Shown: positions 11,277-23,070 of the stretch, piece by piece
How the letters are laid out: every line of letters begins with the position of its first letter
How positions within the stretch are numbered: position 1 is the stretch's first letter
Assembly (NCBI RefSeq): GCF_000315625.1
Contig: NW_005434661.1
Coordinates: 360,878 to 424,877 of the forward strand
Source: Guillardia theta CCMP2712
Taxonomy: Eukaryota; Protista; Cryptophyta
Length of the DNA stretch: 64,000 nt
Reading direction: 5' to 3'
Translations under genes and position numbers: made by a program
Notes under the pieces: generated by a model
What the model was told of the DNA's origin: nothing
The model's database searches: none
Seen by the model: only the letters and a program-made list of their open reading frames with translations

Positions 11277-12379
11277 TTGGCAGCTTCGAGGAGAGGTTCA
11301 AGCATTTGCCCTGCCAACCGTGAACGAAGATTCGGTTCGATGATCGGGAATCGTAGCATTGATGTCCGAGGCAACAAATTTCAGAATGATGATTTTACAA
11401 AATTGTACCGTGATAGTACACAAAGAGTATGGCTGGTCCTGTGTTCATTGTTCATGAATAATGAATTTTCTGATAATCATGACGACCGTCACATGAAACA
11501 ACTTGCAACTCGTTGTTGAACTCCAATGTCAGACGTCTTTCTGAGCCTTGATTGGCCCTGAACGTCAAGTCTGACATCTTCGGAGTATTTGTTCCTGTCA
11601 CGAGGGGTATCTGAGCGTCGAAGCGGCTTGACTCTGGCTGTTGTGACTCAATCAAGCCACATGCTAGAAGAACGAAGAGAAAGATAGACCCATCCCCTAT
11701 CGAGTCACGATGAACCAAGTGAAGCGAAGGTTGTAGGTTCAACGGTTGGCGAAAGGAGCTGCAGTTATCATAGCATCGTGAGCCAGGAGCGTCTGAAGAC
11801 GTGCTAGTTTGCAACCAAGAGGTTTAGTTGCAGGGGACAAAGATGCTCGTGGGGATTTTGAGAAGAGGTAGGATAGTGATATGAGAAGAATTGTATGATC
11901 GGTCCTGACCCCGTGAGCCTGTGATCACCTGCCGCACTGACTGTGACCAGTGACCGTACCCAGCACTAAGTGAGCCCGGCTCAGTCCACTGACTCTCAGC
12001 GCCCTGCTCCTGGCCCCAGGCAGGGGCCCTGCTCAGTCTGCCGTGCTGCTCAGCAGGCTGCTCAGCTGGCTGCTCAGTGCCGGGCCATTGGGCTGAGGTG
12101 GGATGAGGGTCAATCGGCCTCCACAATGCGTCGGCTTAGAGGTAAGGGCGAAGAATGGAGGGAGGGAGAGGAAGAGAAGCAGCGTGGAAGGAAGAGACAG
12201 CTAGGAGGAGAGCGAACAGATAGTGAACGAACCAGGGAGGAAGAGAGTGAAGAGTTGCAGAGGAAGCGATTTCCAATGAGAGGGAGAGGGCAACTGCCGG
12301 AAATGAAACAGTAGCAATGGCATATCAGCCAACAAAGACGAATGAATCGAGACTGACAACAAGCTGTGTATGTTCCTGA

Positions 12380-15300
12380 GTTTCTTTCATCAGCTCCAGT
12401 TGCTCTTTTCTTGCTCGTCGTCGTAGGATGTTCGGCGTTCCAGCCCGCTCCCTCAGGTCCACCCATCACTTGAACAACTGCCCTTGCACACCTGAAGAGC
12501 TCCAGGTTTCGGTTTGAGTTCAGCAAGGCGTAGCAGACTTGTTAGTGGTCATTCTTCAAGACTTCTGTCTTCGCCCCGCTCTCTTCATCGTCCTCGTCCG
12601 TTCCTCGGGAGGTGTTACGCTTCGGGCCAAGGGGTCGCTGGCAGGTAGGGTAAGGTGAAGCGAACAAGTGTGGGCTCACGTGGGGATGAAGCAAGGTGGA
12701 GGAGACCGGCGCAACAAATCTTGCAGATGTTCTTGCCAACATCTGGGAGGCGATCGCGCGCGTCATGGACAAGAAGACCGACGAAGTCGTCCTGTCGTTC
12801 CCGGCCTGCAAGGTAGCCATGTCGTCGTGGGAGAGCGAGCTGGCGCGCTCATGGAGGAGGGAAGAAGGCGTGACGGGCAGTGCAGGTGATCTCGAACCCG
12901 CTCGCAGTGAACAAGCTGGTTGGGCACCTGGAAGTCTGCAAGGATTGCTGCGAGTCGTTCGGGTCGACCGTGACGCTCCGAGTCATCTCGCGGGGGGAGC
13001 AGGAGTCTCCCTACTTCCAGATCAAAAGCATCCAGGGAACCGCCAACAGGTTGCGAGCCGATCCGCGCGATGTTTGCATGATGGGCTGCGAGCAGCGACG
13101 GGTTCGATGAGGATGACGACGATGACTGGGACATCTTGAGCAAGTGAGCAAGGGACTTCTTGTCTTGTGTGACTGCCTTGCAGGTATGCCGATCTCCTCG
13201 ATGGGGAGGAAACGACTCCTGCAGAGATCGAGCTGGAGAAGCTCACACAGGTGGGAAGGCGTTTCGGGAGAGCGAGGGAGNNNNNNNNNNNNNNNNNNNN
13301 NNNNNNNNNNNNNNNNNNNNNNNNNNNNNNNNNNNNNNNNNNNNNNNNNNNNNNNNNNNNNNNNNNNNNNNNNNNNNNNNNNNNNNNNNNNNNNNNNNNN
13401 NNNNNNNNNNNNNNNNNNNNNNNNNNNNNNNNNNNNNNNNNNNNNNNNNNNNNNNNNNNNNNNTCTCTCTCCCTATGACTCCCCACGTCTCCCTCCCTCC
13501 TCTCCTCCCTTCTCGTTATTTCCCTTGAGTATCGCCTCATCCCATGCAATGAAGCAGGGTGGAGCAGACCTCTCTTCGGAAGGATGGGGGAGGGGAGAGG
13601 GGGAGGGGAGAGGGGGAGGGAGAGAGGCCTGAAGACGGGTGAGAGGAAGAAAGGAGGGAAGAGGGGAGAGAGGGAGGAAGGGATAGAGGAGCAGTCGGCT
13701 TCAGAGATGTAGAAGTCCGCGCTCAGTCCGAGCAGGTGCCGGAGGACGACGCTGAGGTCCTCAAGATCATCCGTGACTGGGTCAACGTCATCATCAGCGA
13801 CATGGGCGTCTGCCCCTTCAGCCGGGTGAGAAGCGCTGCTCCTCTCCCCCCCGTCTCCTCAAGCTTCTCCTTCTCAGAGCGCGGACAAGGCAGGGCTGCC
13901 CCTCGGGCCCGTCCACTACTCCATCTCGCGCCAGAGCCGACCGGAGGAGATCTACTCCGAGTGAGGGGAGACGTCGAGGCTGTGGAGGAGCTGACCGACC
14001 TGTCCAGGTACTGGAAGGAAGTCAGCCTCCTCATCCAGCGGGACGAGTCTGATATCAGCACCACCCTCCACATCCTGCCCAACTTCTACATCGGTAGGAG
14101 GCACCGGGGCTGTCGACTCGCTTCCTCCTCCCTGACCTGTTGGCTACAGGCAACTGCGAGGCCTTTACGAGCTTCACCGACACGCTCTCTCAGTCCCTCT
14201 CCGCTCTAGGCATCGAAAAGTACATCCAGGTCCGAACGCTCCCCTGCCCCCCCACAATCCTCCTCCTCCCTGTCGTCGTGGTCCTCCTCCTTGTCCTCCT
14301 CCTCCTCGTACTCCTCCGACTCCTCCTCCGACTACTTGCACTCCTCCGACTCCTCATCTCCTCCTCTACAATACAACCCACTCCTTCCCTTCCTCCTCTT
14401 TCGTTTTCTCCCCCTCCTTACCCGATGCAACTGACGTGCCTTTGCTCCAGCTCGTCTTCTTCCATCCCCAGTGGGTGTTCAGAGATGGGGCTGACAGGAT
14501 GGGAGAGTCTGGAGCCGCGAACTTTGCGAGGAGATCGAGGTGAGGGACGTCAGGTCGAGGAGAGGAGGATGACAGTTCCTGTTAGCTTCCCGATGATCAA
14601 CATCCTGCGGACCAACCAAGTTCGACTTGCCCAGAAGTCGATCCCGACCGGGCTGGTTTACACACAGAACGAGGAGACGCTGATGGAGGTATCCTGCTGC
14701 AAATGGAAGCTGAGGGAAGAGGGGAGGGGGAGGTCGGTTGTAGGAGGAAGGGATGGAGTGGAGGATGCGAAGGGAGAAGGGGAGGAGAAGGGAAGGAGGC
14801 CAGGGTGAGAAGGGGGTGGGGGGGGTGGAAGGAGGAGATGGAAATGGCAGAGATCGGCAGAGCAGTAGAGGACTGATGGACTGGCAGGTGGGAGCTGAAA
14901 ACCTGCAGAAGATGCTGGTGGAGAGAGACTGGAGTTCGCTCATGGTAGGCAACCCGTCCTCCTCCTCCTCTTGCTGGCACTAACCATGCTACAAGAATAC
15001 GAAAGTTGATCGCAGATACAACAAGCTCGGGAAGATTGCACAGGTGGATCGCTTTACTCAATTCCTCCCTCCTCTTCCCTCCTCCTCCTCCTCCTCCTCC
15101 TCCTCCTCCTCCCTCTCTTCCTGCTTGCGTTTACCCTGGTTTGTTCCCTTCACTACTGACGGGGCTACTTGCCAGATGCTCATGGACACGGATGGCGCCC
15201 CTCCAGAGCAGGTTGACCCTCTCTTGCGTTGCTCACTCCCTCCCCTGCTGAACCCGCTCCTCTGATCTTCTCTCTCTCTGCTTCCCCTCCCTCCTTCGCT

Positions 15301-15671
15301 TCTCCTCTCCCGGTGTTTTCGCCGCTCTGACCCCTGAGGTGTTCAGGTTCGCAAGGCACTCGAAGAACAGATCAGAGAGCTGGAGGCCAAAGGGAAGACT
15401 CCTCCATCTAACCGCGTAGAGTACGAGGTAGAATACCTCCCCTTCCCCCTCCGTCCTTCGTCGTCCTCTCCTTCTCTCCTCCCCTTCCACTCCCCCTTGT
15501 CCTTCCTCTGCTTTCCCTCCCCTCCCCAACCCCTTCGTCGTCCTCTCCTCCCCCTCCTCTCCCTTTTCCTCTCTCCTTCTCGTTCCTCTTCTTTCCCTCC
15601 TCTCCCCTTCCGCTGTTCTCATATCTCTCAAGGCGAAGGATCGCTCTTCAGACGACGGGATGGCGTTTTGA
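12380..15671 (+). CDS. DUF1415-like protein, multi-exon, possibly plastid-targeted; 5' end unresolved
   Basis: VLKIIRDWVNVIISDMGVCPFS, STTLHILPNF, LVFFHPQW and RR.FPMINILRTNQV match DUF1415-type motifs (W...VI...LCPFA; FHP; RSPYP..HLLR). Ends AKDRSSDDGMAF* at 15671. Upstream hydrophobic stretch plus SAFQPAP. Confidence 0.7.
13281..13463. other. Assembly gap (183 N) inside an intron of the DUF1415-like gene
   Basis: Run of Ns flanked by GA-rich and CT-rich low-complexity sequence. Confidence 0.99.
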
Positions 15672-15725
15672 CGTCGCTAAACTTCATCAACACGTAGAAT
15701 ACAAGATAACACAAATACATCCAAT

Positions 15726-15792
15726 CCTGCCCTGCCCTGCCCTGCCCTGCCCTGCCCTGCCCTGCCCTGCCCTGCCCTGCCCTGCCCTGCCC
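15726..15792. repeat. (CCCTG)n pentanucleotide microsatellite
   Basis: Directly visible between two convergent stops. The same motif, as (GGGCA)n, occurs at ~42057-42120 in an intron. Confidence 0.95.
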
Positions 15793-15799
15793 TCTCTCA

Positions 15800-17505
15800 T
15801 CAGCTCCCAACAGCGGCGGGAGCCACCGGCCGGTGTCCTTCAGGTCCTGCCAGTTCGACACCAGCGCTGAGAGTCTTGGTAAAGGGATCGTCTTCCTTGA
15901 CTGGCACCCACTGGACTTCGTACTCCATCGCACCGACAGGCGTTCCTATCCTCGAGTCAGTGATGTCCTCCTCCTCCTCCTCCTCCTCCTCCTCCTCCTC
16001 CTCCTCCTCCTCCTCCTGATCCTCCTCCTCCTGATCCTCCTCCTCCTCCTCCTCCTCCTCCCTTCCCCTTTCTTGCTACTCCTCCTTCACCTGCAGGTAT
16101 GAGATTCGAAGTTCTCCCCCTGGCAATGGACGCAGCATGAAACATCCTCCACCTGCTCCACCGGCTCGGGATGGTCGGGCAATCGAATATCCCAGCTCTT
16201 CTGCAGCGTTGCTCGGAGTACTGGAGGACTTCAAGTCACGATCTAGCCAGTCATGGTGATGATGCTGATGATGATAAAGATGATGATGAGCAGGAGGAGC
16301 GAGTAAGATGAGGAGGAGCGAGTAAGATGAGGAGGAGCGAGTAAGATGAGGAGGAGCGAGTAAGATGAGGAGGAGCGAGTAAGATGAGGAGGAGCGAGGA
16401 TGGGGAAAGAGGAAGACGATTGGTAATGGGAGGAAGGAGGAAGAGAACGACGAGGAAGGGGCGAAATGTTTGGGTTGTTGGTGTTTGTGGAGGAGGAACA
16501 GCAGGATGAGGAGGAACAGCAGGATGAGGAGGAGGAGGAGGAGGAGGAGGAGGAGGAGGAGGAGGATCAGCAGGATGAGGAGGAGGAGGAAGAGGAACAA
16601 ATTGATAGCTACCTTTGATGTACAACAGACCCTTGGGCCTCGGAAGGGACATGAGCGGCGAGATGAGCGTGAAGATTTGATCATCCTTGTTGAGTACGAG
16701 ATCGCGCTGGTGCATGTCAGAGGAGAGCGGGGAGGAGAAGAGGAGAGGAGGAGAGAAGGAGAGGAGGAGAAGGTGGACAACGGGGCAGGAGGGAAGGGAG
16801 CAGAACGACGGCTGATACCGGGGGAGCACTGACGACGTAGGGGAGAGGAGCGAAGTCGTCGGTAGGATGCTGGCGGTAGAGGCCGATAGGGAGGATGTTC
16901 TGCTTGCTAACGAGGAACTGAAAGAGCTGGATGAAGGGCTTGCCGTCGAAGGAGGAGGGGACGGGGATGGTGAAGAGCTCGCTGGGGAAGACGTCTCCTG
17001 ATGTGAAGTCGTCGTGGTCAAGGCCGGAGGAGACGACGAGCTCGCGGATGATGGTGTTCAGGTGGCTGTTGTACATGAGCTGGCAGATGAGCTTGTCGAG
17101 GATGGAGTTGATGTAGACCTTGCCCGAGGCGAAGGGAGGGCACAGGGTGTGATCCCGCTCCAGCGCGTTCCTGTCCTCCTTCATCAGGTACTTCATGTTG
17201 GCGGAGTTCCTGAGCTCGCAGACAATATCTGCCTTCTTGTTGTGGTTGGAGATGAGATGGTAAGTCAAGACGCTGTCAGAGTCCACGAGCGACGCCGCCG
17301 CCTCCTCGTTGAGCACACCGTCAACGTCCTGCGCCGACGGGTTGTTGGACCCTGAAAGGACGACAGCTTTCGAGCAGCCGAGCATGCCAGCACGGATGAG
17401 ATCCTTGCCGTTCATGGGCCTTCCTGCAAGAGAAGGGTGAGAGGAGGAGGAGAGGGAGAAGGTGAGCTGGAGAGGATCGAGGAAGCTCTGTTGGAGAGGA
17501 GAGAG

Positions 17506-17559
<54 letters not shown>

Positions 17560-17577
17560 GGAGCAGGAGCGGGAGCG

Positions 17578-17670
<93 letters not shown>

Positions 17671-19166
17671 ACAGCACGAGCAGCAAGAGCATGTACCTTG
17701 CACGAAGTAGACTTCAGGGTAGATTGCGACCTTGGCGAAGTCGGCAGAGGTGATGATCTCCGGGTGGAGGATGACGATCTGTTGGCTGACCAGATGCTTC
17801 TGCCGGAGGGTCTGGACGAACTGGCCGATGGAGGAGCTGTGGCCGCAGACGAGGATGTGCCCTGAAAAGTTCTCTGCGGTCTCCAGGATGGTCCTGCTAA
17901 GATCTCGGGGGATGCGTGTGATGTGGTACGACCTGTCCATCCTCTCGATGAAGACCCTGGACTTCTCGCAGGTGGCCGAGGACTCGTGCTGGATGACAAA
18001 CTCGGTCTTCTTCTCCTCCTCCTTCCTGCCCCTGAAGTGATCTGAGGGCGAGACGCGGAGACGTCAGGGTGTCGAAGGTCAACACGATCAACTCTGGACG
18101 CTCGAGCCCCTGCTCCGCTCTTCGCCCTCCTCCTCCCTCCTCCTTCTCTGCCATTCTCTCTCCTTGCTACTCCTCTCCGCCTCTCTTCCTCCTTATCATC
18201 ATCATCGTGACCATCACCTTCATCACACCAACGTCCGCATCATCATCACAACAACAGAACCAACCAATCATCTTGACTCTCTCCCCCTCCCTTCCCTCCC
18301 TTCTCCCGGACTCACCGCGGAAGTCGGAGACTCTCGCCACGTCCTCCACACTCTCCGCCAGCATGTAGGCGTGCGACTGGCCCGAAGGGATCTCGTACCT
18401 CCCGGGGAACAGCACGCTCCTCATGACTCCCTCTGCGTCGGAAATTTCGATGGCAAACAGCGTGCAGCAGGTATGCTCGAAGACAAGGTTGACGGCCTGT
18501 GCGAACGACATGCCGCAAAAGTAGGAGGGGAGAGGGACGCGATAGATCTCCTTGGAGGAGCCGCCGGTGTACTCTTCGATCCACTGCTCGCTATTTTGCA
18601 CTGTAGGCAGAAGAAGTGAAAGAGGGCAGGTGCAGAGGGGAGGAGGGAGGAGGGAGGAGGGAGGAAGGAGGAAGTCACATAAGAGAGTCAGACGCATTTT
18701 CAGGGAGGGAGGGAGGGAGGGAGGGAGGGAGGAGGAGGAGGAGGAGGAGGAGGAGGAGGAGGAGGAGGAGGGAGCAACTTACAGGAAGTGCTGCAAGACC
18801 GCGCGAGGTTGGAGATGAGGGTGCAGAAGCCGGGGCAGATGCAGCTCTTTCCGAGGAGGCGAAGCTTTAGCTCGTCGATGCAGACGATCTGGTAGTTGGT
18901 GGTCCCGTAGGCAGAGGAGGTGAAGTGGACCTTGCTCTCGGGCTGGATGATCTGCATGAAGAGAGGAACGTCCTTCTTCTCCTGCTTGAGGTACTCCTTG
19001 ATGGCGAACGCGCGCATGATCGTCTGCGTGTCCATCTCCTTGGGGTTCCGCGCCTCCTTGTCGCAGAAGAGGAAGATGGAGGAGGCCTTGACGATGTCCG
19101 CTCGCTCGAGCGTCCTCTCCTGCATTCTCGGATCATCTCAAAGAGAATCGTTGCTAAGATTGAGGG

Positions 19167-19234
<68 letters not shown>

Positions 19235-19262
19235 CAGGAGCAGGAGCAGGAGCAGCAGGAGC

Positions 19263-19306
<44 letters not shown>

Positions 19307-20533
19307 TATTAAGGTCACCTGCATTACCGAACCTTCAAGGTACGTGACCTGCGGCCAGTTCGCAATCACATTCTGGAAGGCCTGACTGGGTCTGCCCGTG
19401 CCAACAATGACAACAAAGAGCAGCATGTCATCTGTGCCGTGATCGGGATGGAACAGCTCCTCCAAGAACTCAGTGATCGAAGAGACCGACGTCTCCCCGC
19501 ACACCACCACATGCTTGCTGGACGACTTGGCCTTGTACTGCGCGCGAGCCCAGGGAGAGAAGGTGGAGAGGAGTTTGTTGAACTGGTTGAGCTGATCCCC
19601 GATGATGGCGTAGGCAGCGCAGATCATCAGGATGACAAGCATCTTCGTGCTCAGAGTGGTGGGAGAGATGTCGCCGTACCTGGAGGAGGAGGAGGTGACT
19701 GCGACGTGGCAGGAGCGAGCGAGGTGAGTCTCTTACCCCACAGATGACATGGAGCAGATGACGAAGTAGAGCGCGTCATGGAGGAAGATGTCGCCCTCGG
19801 TCCCGAACTGGTTCTCGAGCTCGAGGAACATACCCGAGAAGCAGAGGAGGATGCAGCAGAAGGCGGCGCAGGAGATGAAGATCTTCCTCGACACGTCGTC
19901 TGCCGCTGACAGTCTCGACGAGTTCGACCACCTCAAGACTGAGATAGCATGGACGACCTTGAGCATTCGCACTACCCTCAAGAAGTCATAGTTGCCCGTC
20001 GTCGGCATCGTGAAGCCCCTCGTAGCTGGGCTCTGAGTACTCCAGACTGAAACGCGAACGAGGAAAGGAGGAAAGATGGTGACGATGTCGATGATGACGA
20101 ACTTGTCGTGCAGATGCTTCCAACGGTTCTCAGCAGCATAAAGTCGCAGAAGGAAGTCAGAAAGGAAGAAAATGATGATCACGTTCTGAATCTGATCCAA
20201 CAACTTGACTGTGTTCTCAAGGCCCTTGTTTACCGTGCTTGCTCGGTCAACGTACGTTTGCAAGCAGTACAATAACACGCTCGTGAAGCTACACAATCCA
20301 TTGAACACCTCTAGTCGAACCCCGAACGTGCCGTTTAGTCGAACCTCAACCCACCCCCTGACTCTCTCTGAAGCTCGGACCCACGACTTGGGGACACAGT
20401 TTGGCTTCCTCCTCTTGGACTTCTTCTCTACACTTTTCTCGCTCACTGAGATGCTGGTGTCATCGTCTGACCTGTCCTCCTCCCCCTCCCCCTCCTGCTG
20501 CCGCATCTCATGTTGCAGTGCAGGCGACGACAT
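15800..20533 (-). CDS. Slo/BK-family (KCNMA1/KCNT-like) potassium channel with tandem RCK domains, multi-exon
   Basis: TM helices; S4 FLRVVRMLKVV; pore DALYFVICSMSSVGYGDISP; RCK1 KHVVVCGE...EFLEELFHPDH; IVCIDELKLRLLGKSCICPGFCTLISNL; RCK2 GHILVCG...PPFASGKVY...ILPIGLYR. Confidence 0.92.
16292..16397. repeat. 19-bp tandem minisatellite (AGGAGGAGCGAGTAAGATG) x5 in a channel intron
   Basis: Directly visible. Confidence 0.9.
17507..17690. repeat. (GAGCAG)n intronic microsatellite
   Basis: Directly visible. A second array lies at ~19167-19305 in another intron of the same gene. Confidence 0.95.
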
Positions 20534-20559
20534 GGCAGGAAATAGTTCGAGTGACACCC

Positions 20560-20700
20560 CAGGGTGGGGTACTTAAATCTCTACCAAGTACCCCCTCAAT
20601 AAACAAAAAAGGGAAGTCTTTTGATGGGTAGGGTGGTATCAATTTGGGGGTGGGGTGATAGTTGATAGCCTGTCAAAACGGGCGAAAATAAACGGGAGAA
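20560..20700. promoter_or_regulatory. Divergent promoter block between the K+ channel and a hypothetical gene
   Basis: GGGGTAC/GTACCCC, ACCCCCTCAATA (20590-20601) and GGGTAGGGTGGTAT (20626-20639) are shared with other intergenic blocks. Confidence 0.5.
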
Positions 20701-20871
20701 AGGGGAAGGTTGGGAGAAAGAGAGGGGGAGGATGCAGGATGGGAGGAGAGCTGGGAATCAAAGGATAAGAGGAGAGAGAAACAAGACAAACAGGATGACC
20801 ATAAGGCATCGAAGGAGGACAAGATACATTGTTGGCTGACGACAGTGTTCTGATGTTTCCCTCAGGCATCC

Positions 20872-22960
20872 ATGAAGAAGCTCCATGCCCTCGTCAGCTC
20901 AGGAAAGATGCCTCCTCCTGTTCCGCACCTGGACAACCTTTCGCTCCTGTTCAAGAAGAATCAGAACCAATCGTTGCCTGCAGAGCCAGAGCAGGTCACG
21001 AAAGCGGACGAGGGGGGCGAGAATATGGTTGAGAAGGAGCAGAGCTACGAGTATGAGATGAACAGCTCTCAGAGATACAAGGACCACCATGTGCTCGAGA
21101 TCATGAGCTTCGGCTCGGAGCTCACTCCCCCTGCCCACAAGCGCAAGGTAGCGCAGGAGTCTGATACCCCCGAGGCCATTCTAGCGCGAGCGCTGCAAGG
21201 CAATCAGGCGGGTTGGAGTCGCTCGTTGAGGACAAACAGGAGGAATGTGGGAGCCTTTCGAGTCATAGGGAGAGACCCAGAGAGGGAGAAGGTCTTGCGA
21301 CCCCAAGACCTTCAGCACTTGTCTCCTGTAAGCGTGCATGAGTTTGGTTTCACTTCAATGCGCTGTGCCGCATTCCATCAGCTGAGATGGATGATCCGCA
21401 GGTGAAGGAAACTGAGCGGAATCGTGCAGCCCTGCAGCCTCAGCACGGTCAAGACCTTCTGATCGACTCTCGTCCTTCCACCAGCTCCGGTACTCGCAAC
21501 CGAGTTCATTACACCTTTTCATGCACGCTCCTCCCCCTCCCCCTCCCCCTCCCCCTCCCCCTCCCCCTCCTCCCCCTCATTATCCTCATCCTCATCATCA
21601 TCCTCACCTTCGCTCAAGGTGCTGTTGCTGAACTTCAGCCGAATGGGATGAGACCTCTGACGGCAATAGGTATGGGACTTGATATCTCCAAGATCCCACC
21701 CCCCCCTCCTCGCATCTTCTCCCTCTTTCTCTGACTTACTTGCCCCATTCTCGACCCTCCGTTGCGCCAGCTGCCTTGAGAGCAGCAAGGTCGAAGAGTC
21801 GGCCGTACACAGCAAATCCCTCCGTGAGCCTCCCGTCTTAATCCCGCTAGCCTGCTCACCCTGACCACCGGCAGGTCACCGCATACTCGGGCTCTCTGGT
21901 CCTCCGAAACGCTGAAGAAGGAAATCAGTCTCTCTTCGTCCACTCCGACTTTCCCATGAGGCTCACGAGCAGCGAGCCCGACGACGTTCGCATGACCTTC
22001 AGGGAGCAACGCAGGTGACGCTGCGATGGGTTGGGGGAAGGAGAGTAACTACTCTGTTGCAGACCCACGACAGCTCCAAGCATGGAGCGGTGAAGGAGCA
22101 GGCGGGGCGGTCAGGTGCCTTGCTCACGAGCTTCAGCAGGTTTGGGTCGTTTAGGACGAGAAGTCCAAGGCAGACGAAGAGCGCTCACAGGCACGAACAA
22201 GGTTGATTCTTGTCCTTGCTGTGCTGGTGCTGCTGACCGTGAGGGCTAGATGCGGGGGATGGGGAAGAGGTAACGTGACGATGCTTCTATCTGTTGTGCC
22301 GGGACCAGCCGTCTGATCCTGCTTCTTCTTCGACTGGTTTCAGCCGTCAAGCGCGCGGGGCTCGAGGAGGAGGGCCGAAGGCTTCCAATCGCAGGGGACG
22401 AGGCGATCAGAGAGGTTGAGGTAGACTTCACCTCTCCCTCTTCCTCAACCTCCTCACGAGCATGATCTAGCGCGTCGAGGAGGCCTCATCTGAGAGAGTT
22501 GAGGGCAGATGGAGAGAGCAACACAGGTTCTTGTGGTCTCTGCAGTGCTTTCGTAACACCGCCTCCGTTGCAATCTGGATTTCATCTTCTTCGTTGCCAT
22601 CCATCCACTACAAAGATGCGGTGAAGATTATAACATTGTTCTTGTTCTTGTTCTTGTTCTTGTTCTTGTTCTTGTTCTTGTTCTTGTTCTTGTTCTTGTT
22701 CTTGTTCTTGTTCTTGTTCTTGTTCTTGTTCTTGTTCTTGTTCTTGTTCTTGTTCTTGTTCTTGTTCTTGTTCTTGATGATAAAACTTTACCTTACTAGT
22801 TTCTGCTGCAGAACGCAAGCAGCCAACAAGGATGTCAGCCCCTCTACCGCATAGTGCCGTTGAAGATCTGGGCGCCAAGGATCGAACTACAAGAACGACC
22901 GCAGCTCAAACCAGTCAAGAAGATAGAAGTTTGGACGAGCAGGGACGACGGGCAAGGGTG
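20872..22960 (+). CDS. Hypothetical low-complexity protein with repeated RPxT motifs, multi-exon; 3' end uncertain
   Basis: Long first exon MKKLHALVSSGK..., then consecutive in-frame short exons with GT-AG introns. Confidence 0.5.
22636..22776. repeat. (TTCTTG)n microsatellite
   Basis: Directly visible. Confidence 0.95.
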
Positions 22961-22962
22961 AG

Positions 22963-23070
22963 GTGTCAAGTTTGCTGTGTCAAAAATTTGTGTATCAAAT
23001 GCTTTTCTGCATCAAAGTTTTCTGCATCAAAGTTTTCTGTTTCAAAGTTTCTGTGTCAAAGTTTTCTGAT
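22963..23070. repeat. Degenerate ~15-bp tandem repeat (TCAAAGTTTTCTGCA) overlapping the TRM9 stop codon
   Basis: About 7 progressively decaying copies, visible directly. Confidence 0.8.

Noticed and set aside
12341-12545. In-frame TGA/TAG codons in the frame carrying the signal-peptide-like segment, suggesting readthrough or selenocysteine
   Set aside because: More simply explained by unresolved short introns. No SECIS was recognised, and the other genes use standard stops.
16292-16397. Regular 19-bp direct repeats resembling a CRISPR array
   Set aside because: There are no unique spacers, the repeat lies in a eukaryotic intron, and no cas genes are present; it is a minisatellite.
17321-17865. 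ORFs with poly-L, poly-AP, poly-GA, poly-EQ and poly-SC tracts
   Set aside because: These are translations of the intronic (GAGCAG)n microsatellite. The same applies to most poly-E/G/P/S/L/R ORFs in the track.
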